Assembly: GCA_018066125.1 (NCBI GenBank)
Contig: JAGHSA010000007.1
Span: 3,308-27,307, forward strand
Direction of reading: 5' to 3'
Length of the DNA stretch: 24,000 bases
Origin: Candidatus Cryptobacteroides onthequi
Lineage (GTDB): Bacteria; Bacteroidota; Bacteroidia; Bacteroidales; UBA932
Under the pieces are notes generated by a model. That model did no database searches and had not been told where the DNA came from. It saw nothing but the letters and a program-made list of their open reading frames with translations. Below, one piece after another: positions 16,948 to 24,000 of the stretch. The translations under genes and the position numbers were made by a program. Each line of letters begins with the position of its first letter. Positions within the stretch are counted from its first letter, which is position 1.

Positions 16948-17838
16948 CTACAATCTCACCTTCGCCATCACAGGGCAGTGATCGGATACGAATCTTCCGT
17001 CCGGACTCTTCTCCGGCATGATCTCATAATACGAGCATGAGCCCTCACTTATGAAGATATAGTCGATGATGCCTGGACGCATATTCTCAGGGATGTACTT
17101 GGCCATGCTTTCAAGGCCGCCGAATCCATGGTAGCTGGCGATGCCGGTTTTCCTCTCCTTTGCGATCTCGAAGGTATGGAAGAGGCCTGAGTTCTTGACG
17201 TGCTGAATGTCTGCAGACTCCTTTCCTGAATTGAAGTCGCCGGTGATCACCATAGGGCAGTCACCGCCGATTTCCTTCGCCTTCCTGCACAGGAGGTTCA
17301 CTCCTTCGCGGCGTGCCACTCCCCCGACATGATCGAGATGGGTATTGACGAAGAAGAAGCGCTTTCCTGTAGATTTCTCCTCGAGGAATGCCCAGGTCGC
17401 GATGCGGATGCAGGCTGCATCCCATCCGAGACTAGGGACATCAGGTGTCTCACTGAGCCAGAAATTGCCGCACTGCACAGCCTTGAAACGGCTCTTGCGG
17501 TAGAAGATGGCAGAATACTCTCCGTCTTTCTTTCCGTCCTCGCGGGCAACGCCTACAGTCTTATAGCCCTTGAGGGCCTTTTTCATGTACTGGCGCTGAT
17601 AGTGGAGGCACTCCTGTGTACCGATGATGTCCGGGTCGGCTGAAAGGATTTCAGCGACAAGTGCATCCTTTCTGTTGTCCCACCTGTTGATGCCGTCCTC
17701 CGGCTCGTTGTAGCGGACATTCGATGTGATTACTGTAAGATCGAGTCCGAGTTTCTCTGTTCCGGGCTCCTGGGCTGATGCCATGAACTGTCCCGCTGAC
17801 AGGATGGCAACTGCGGCGATGATGAACTTTTTCTTCAT
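16948..17838 (-). CDS. Endonuclease/exonuclease/phosphatase (EEP) superfamily phosphoesterase, exported
   Basis: A signal peptide is present, along with the EEP motifs SNVRYN...DIIGTQE, VNTHLDH, ITGDFN and a C-terminal SDHCPV. The start lies 1 nt after the stop of the upstream GH97-GDPD gene. Confidence 0.85.
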   Translation of the reverse strand: MKKKFIIAAVAILSAGQFMASAQEPGTEKLGLDLTVITSNVRYNEPEDGINRWDNRKDALVAEILSADPDIIGTQECLHYQRQYMKKALKGYKTVGVAREDGKKDGEYSAIFYRKSRFKAVQCGNFWLSETPDVPSLGWDAACIRIATWAFLEEKSTGKRFFFVNTHLDHVGGVARREGVNLLCRKAKEIGGDCPMVITGDFNSGKESADIQHVKNSGLFHTFEIAKERKTGIASYHGFGGLESMAKYIPENMRPGIIDYIFISEGSCSYYEIMPEKSPDGRFVSDHCPVMAKVRL

Positions 17839-17839
17839 A

Positions 17840-20617
17840 TCAATATTCGTTTACTACCTTAATGAGACGGTCAGGATAGTTGGAAATGATGGCCTCGACC
17901 TTGAGGTCCAGCAAGCGGCGGATCTCGTCAGGATCGTCCACGGTCCAGGTAACGACCTTCATGCCCTTGGCATGTGCCTTCTGCATGAATTCTGCATCGA
18001 CATTGCCATGCTCAGGGCTGACCCACTGAGGGATGAAGTCCACCTGGCTCATGTTGAGATCGAAATCCGTCTCATATCCTTCCCAGAGGAATGAGAGGAT
18101 GTGGCCCGGGTATTTCTTGTTGATGTAGTTGAGCGCTCTCTCATCGAAACTCTGGATGATGAGCCTGTCACCGAGGTTGAATGATTCGAGTACCTCCATG
18201 CAGCGGTCGGTGAACTCATGGTATTCCGGCCAGAGTTCGCCCTCACCCTTCTCCGGAGAGCTCTTGACCTCGATGTTGTATTTCATCGGTGCAAGACCAT
18301 TGGCCTTTGTGTATTCCTCTACTGCCGCGATGACCTCTGAAGCAAGAGGCTTCACAGCAGGGATGCATTTCTTCTCAGGCCAGCCCGGATTGTACTTGTG
18401 GCCGACATCCCATTTCACGATTTCGGAGTATGGAAGCTGGTAGAGATATACTTTCGGGTCTTCAGATTTCACCTCGGTCCTGTCGGGACGTGTGGCATAT
18501 CTGTGATGGAAGTAAGGGTCGTGTGAAAGAACCACCTTTCCGTCCTGAGTGACGCAGAGGTCCATCTCGAGAGTGTGGACTCCGAGCCTGACTGAGTTGA
18601 GCATGGCCTCGAGCGACTCCTCTGGATAGAGTCCCATACCTCCGCGATGCGCCTGGATATCGACGATCTTCCTCTTGAGGACAGCGGCAAAGCCACCGTT
18701 TCGGGCCATGCCGACAGTAAGAGAGGATGAAGCCGTGACGTCTTCGAAATTGCGGCGGTAATCCATGGCGATCCTGTCGGCCACAGGGCCGTCGGAGAAT
18801 GACTCCATGATCCACTCGCTTCCCTCTCCGAGGAATGTGAGATCCACATCGATGCTGCGTGCCTGGGAGTTGTTGAGTCCCGCAATGTACCATACATCAC
18901 CGGCCCTCTTTGCCACAATGTAGTGCTCGCCCACCTTTCCGGAGAGAACCACGGTCTCGTCCCATTCCACAGGGACAGCAGTCATGAAGTCCCTGCAGTC
19001 CGGCCACATGTCGTAGCGGCAAGGGTTGTCTGCAAGCATCTGGAGACCAGTCTCGAATGCAACGATCTGGGCAAGCTGCGAAGCCTTGGTGCCGACAGCA
19101 GGAGTCTCAGGACGTCCGCCGCTGTACTTTTCAGGCTGCTTGCATATCATCATGCCCGGAGTGAAGTCCATAGGGCCGACGGCATTGCGGATGTATGGCT
19201 GGAACAAGGTGTTGTCCGGCCTGCAGTTGCTGCAGAATTCAAGGCCCCTGACACCCTCGAAGGTGAGGACATTCGGATAGCGGTACTCAAGTCCTCTCGG
19301 TGAGTATGCGCCATGGAAGTCCACGAAGATATGATGCTCGGCAGCAGTCTTGGCTACACGCTCATAGAAGTCGACCATCCACTGGTCCTGTCTGTTCATG
19401 AAATCGATCTTGACACCCTTGATGCCCCAACCCTCAAAGACCTCGAAGAGGTCCATGTGGTGTTCGACGGTGAGCCAAGGCAGCCAGAGGATGACTCCCA
19501 CGCCCTTTGAGGCTGCATAGCTGATGAGTTCGTGGATATGCACCTCAGGATTGGTCTTGAACGGGTCACGGGTATCAAGAGCCCAGCCTTCATCGAGAAG
19601 GATGTACTTCACCCCATTCTTCGCTGCGAAGTCAGTGAAATACTTGTAGGTTTCCAGATTGATGCCGCTCTTGAAATCGACGCCCTGGCCGTATGGAATG
19701 CCGTTGAGCCAGTCCCATGTGGTCTGTCCCCTTCTGATCCATGACAGGTCTTCAAGCTCGGTCTCAGGCGCAAGCCTCATAGGCATGCGGTTCTCGGCGA
19801 GCTTGCGGTCGTCGCTGGTGATGAGCATGTATCTCCACGGATAGCTGCGGGTGCCTGATGTCTTGGCGATCCAGTCGCTGACCTCGAGGAAGAACACATC
19901 CCTGTCGTCATCGTCCTCGGTCTTGAGCGGGCTGATAGTATGATACGCAGCGAAAGAGCTGCCGCCCACAGGCTTGAGAAACATTCCCGGATAATCCTTG
20001 AGGTCAAACTCGCTGATGAGTATCTTCTGCGCGCTGCCCTCTGCAAGTACCGGAAGCTCGCAGAGCATGCTCTCTGCTGACAATCCGGATACCGGAACCC
20101 TGGCGTAAAGCTCCTCGCAGGCGGTCTTGACGGTGTCACACTGCTGTACCACAACAGAAGATGCAGACACGACATTGAAGCCTGCCTTCTCCTTCATGAC
20201 CTCGACTTCACCTGGAAGACTGGTCTCGATGCGGTATGCAACTCCGTCATCATATACACGCCACAATACCTTGAAACCGTCCTTGAATGTAAGGGTCAGG
20301 AGATTGTAGCTGTTGTCGACCTCGGCGTACTTCAGCTTGATGACAGGCTGCACAGTCTGACGCACCTCCTGCCTCTTCACATTCTTCACGACCGGCTTCA
20401 CTCCGAGAGTCCTGTCACGGAGTGTAAGGGCGATGTCGTTGTCCTTCATGATCAGTTCGCCATGAGATGTGACATCGTAGCGGATGTCTTCCCCGACCGT
20501 GACCTTTACCGATGTCTGCCCGTCAGGAGACTGGACATCGTATGTCTTGGCCTTCTGTGCCCATGATGACATGGAGAGCACAGAGATGAAAAACGCTGAA
20601 AGAAGTATCTTTTTCAT
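17840..20617 (-). CDS. Bifunctional fusion of a GH97 glycoside hydrolase (residues ~1-650) and a glycerophosphodiester phosphodiesterase (GDPD) domain (residues ~651-925), exported
   Basis: The GH97 part shows a signal peptide, then YDVQSPDGQTSVKVTV..., GVKYILLDEGW, GIKGVKIDFMNRQDQWMVDFYERVAKTAAEHHIFVDFHGAYSPRGLEYRYPNVLTFEGVRGLE, and the typical C-terminal NGGFAAVL. With no linker it continues into the GDPD signature IVDIQAHRGG...YPEES...EMDLCVTQDGKVVLSHD (about 17843..18667). The frame is uninterrupted. Confidence 0.85.
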   Translation of the reverse strand: MKKILLSAFFISVLSMSSWAQKAKTYDVQSPDGQTSVKVTVGEDIRYDVTSHGELIMKDNDIALTLRDRTLGVKPVVKNVKRQEVRQTVQPVIKLKYAEVDNSYNLLTLTFKDGFKVLWRVYDDGVAYRIETSLPGEVEVMKEKAGFNVVSASSVVVQQCDTVKTACEELYARVPVSGLSAESMLCELPVLAEGSAQKILISEFDLKDYPGMFLKPVGGSSFAAYHTISPLKTEDDDDRDVFFLEVSDWIAKTSGTRSYPWRYMLITSDDRKLAENRMPMRLAPETELEDLSWIRRGQTTWDWLNGIPYGQGVDFKSGINLETYKYFTDFAAKNGVKYILLDEGWALDTRDPFKTNPEVHIHELISYAASKGVGVILWLPWLTVEHHMDLFEVFEGWGIKGVKIDFMNRQDQWMVDFYERVAKTAAEHHIFVDFHGAYSPRGLEYRYPNVLTFEGVRGLEFCSNCRPDNTLFQPYIRNAVGPMDFTPGMMICKQPEKYSGGRPETPAVGTKASQLAQIVAFETGLQMLADNPCRYDMWPDCRDFMTAVPVEWDETVVLSGKVGEHYIVAKRAGDVWYIAGLNNSQARSIDVDLTFLGEGSEWIMESFSDGPVADRIAMDYRRNFEDVTASSSLTVGMARNGGFAAVLKRKIVDIQAHRGGMGLYPEESLEAMLNSVRLGVHTLEMDLCVTQDGKVVLSHDPYFHHRYATRPDRTEVKSEDPKVYLYQLPYSEIVKWDVGHKYNPGWPEKKCIPAVKPLASEVIAAVEEYTKANGLAPMKYNIEVKSSPEKGEGELWPEYHEFTDRCMEVLESFNLGDRLIIQSFDERALNYINKKYPGHILSFLWEGYETDFDLNMSQVDFIPQWVSPEHGNVDAEFMQKAHAKGMKVVTWTVDDPDEIRRLLDLKVEAIISNYPDRLIKVVNEY

Positions 20618-20660
20618 AAAATATTTGGTTATCAGTAAATATCGTGAAATATTTCCGGCA

Positions 20661-24000
<3,340 letters not shown>

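Noticed and set aside
20618-20660. Three AAATAT(TT) copies in the 43-nt gap between the GH2 and GH97-GDPD genes, as a possible operator or promoter.
   Set aside because: There is no TAnnTTTG match on the coding (minus) strand. The spacing is irregular (18 and 10 nt). Short AT-rich palindromes are common in Bacteroidales intergenic DNA. Co-transcription with GH2 is the simpler reading.

Overview
This looks like a chromosomal segment from a Bacteroidales-type genome. The evidence for that is moderately high GC, many Lys-rich signal peptides, TAnnTTTG-type promoter boxes, dense glycoside-hydrolase content and no Shine-Dalgarno dependence. I see no rRNA, tRNA, CRISPR array, transposase, integrase or large repeat. 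All intergenic gaps are under 130 bp. I can support about 22 protein-coding genes. All family calls come from motif recognition in the supplied translations, not from a database search. (1) Positions 1-5.9 kb hold mixed housekeeping and accessory genes: a partial unknown CDS, a TauE/SafE permease, the CrcB fluoride channel, threonine ammonia-lyase, a DUF362/4Fe-4S protein, a Gfo/Idh/MocA oxidoreductase and a PAP2 phosphatase. (2) Positions 5.9-10.1 kb hold a tightly packed four-gene + strand operon with a 13-nt gap and two ATGA overlaps. It encodes an ABM-fold protein, a YjjI-family glycyl-radical enzyme, a YjjW-family radical-SAM activase and an exported C69 dipeptidase, and it ends in a long nested bidirectional terminator. 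(3) Positions 10.2-24 kb form an island made up almost entirely of exported hydrolases. It contains a PHP-type phosphoesterase lipoprotein with a half-size EamA transporter, and a GH116 (glucosylceramidase-like) gene. Converging on GH116 is a - strand operon of at least five genes: PI-PLC-like phosphodiesterase, LacZ-like GH2, a GH97 fused directly to a GDPD glycerophosphodiesterase, an EEP phosphoesterase, and a GH95 fucosidase. No SusC/SusD pair or regulator is visible in the window. The most interesting candidate is this island. It mixes four unrelated phosphoesterase folds with glycosidases, which suggests breakdown of glycan-phosphodiester(-lipid) conjugates such as teichoic acids, glycosyl-inositol-phosphoceramides/GPI or phosphoglycans. 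The YjjI operon is a second candidate, because the substrate of that enzyme family is not established to my knowledge. Both are hypotheses.
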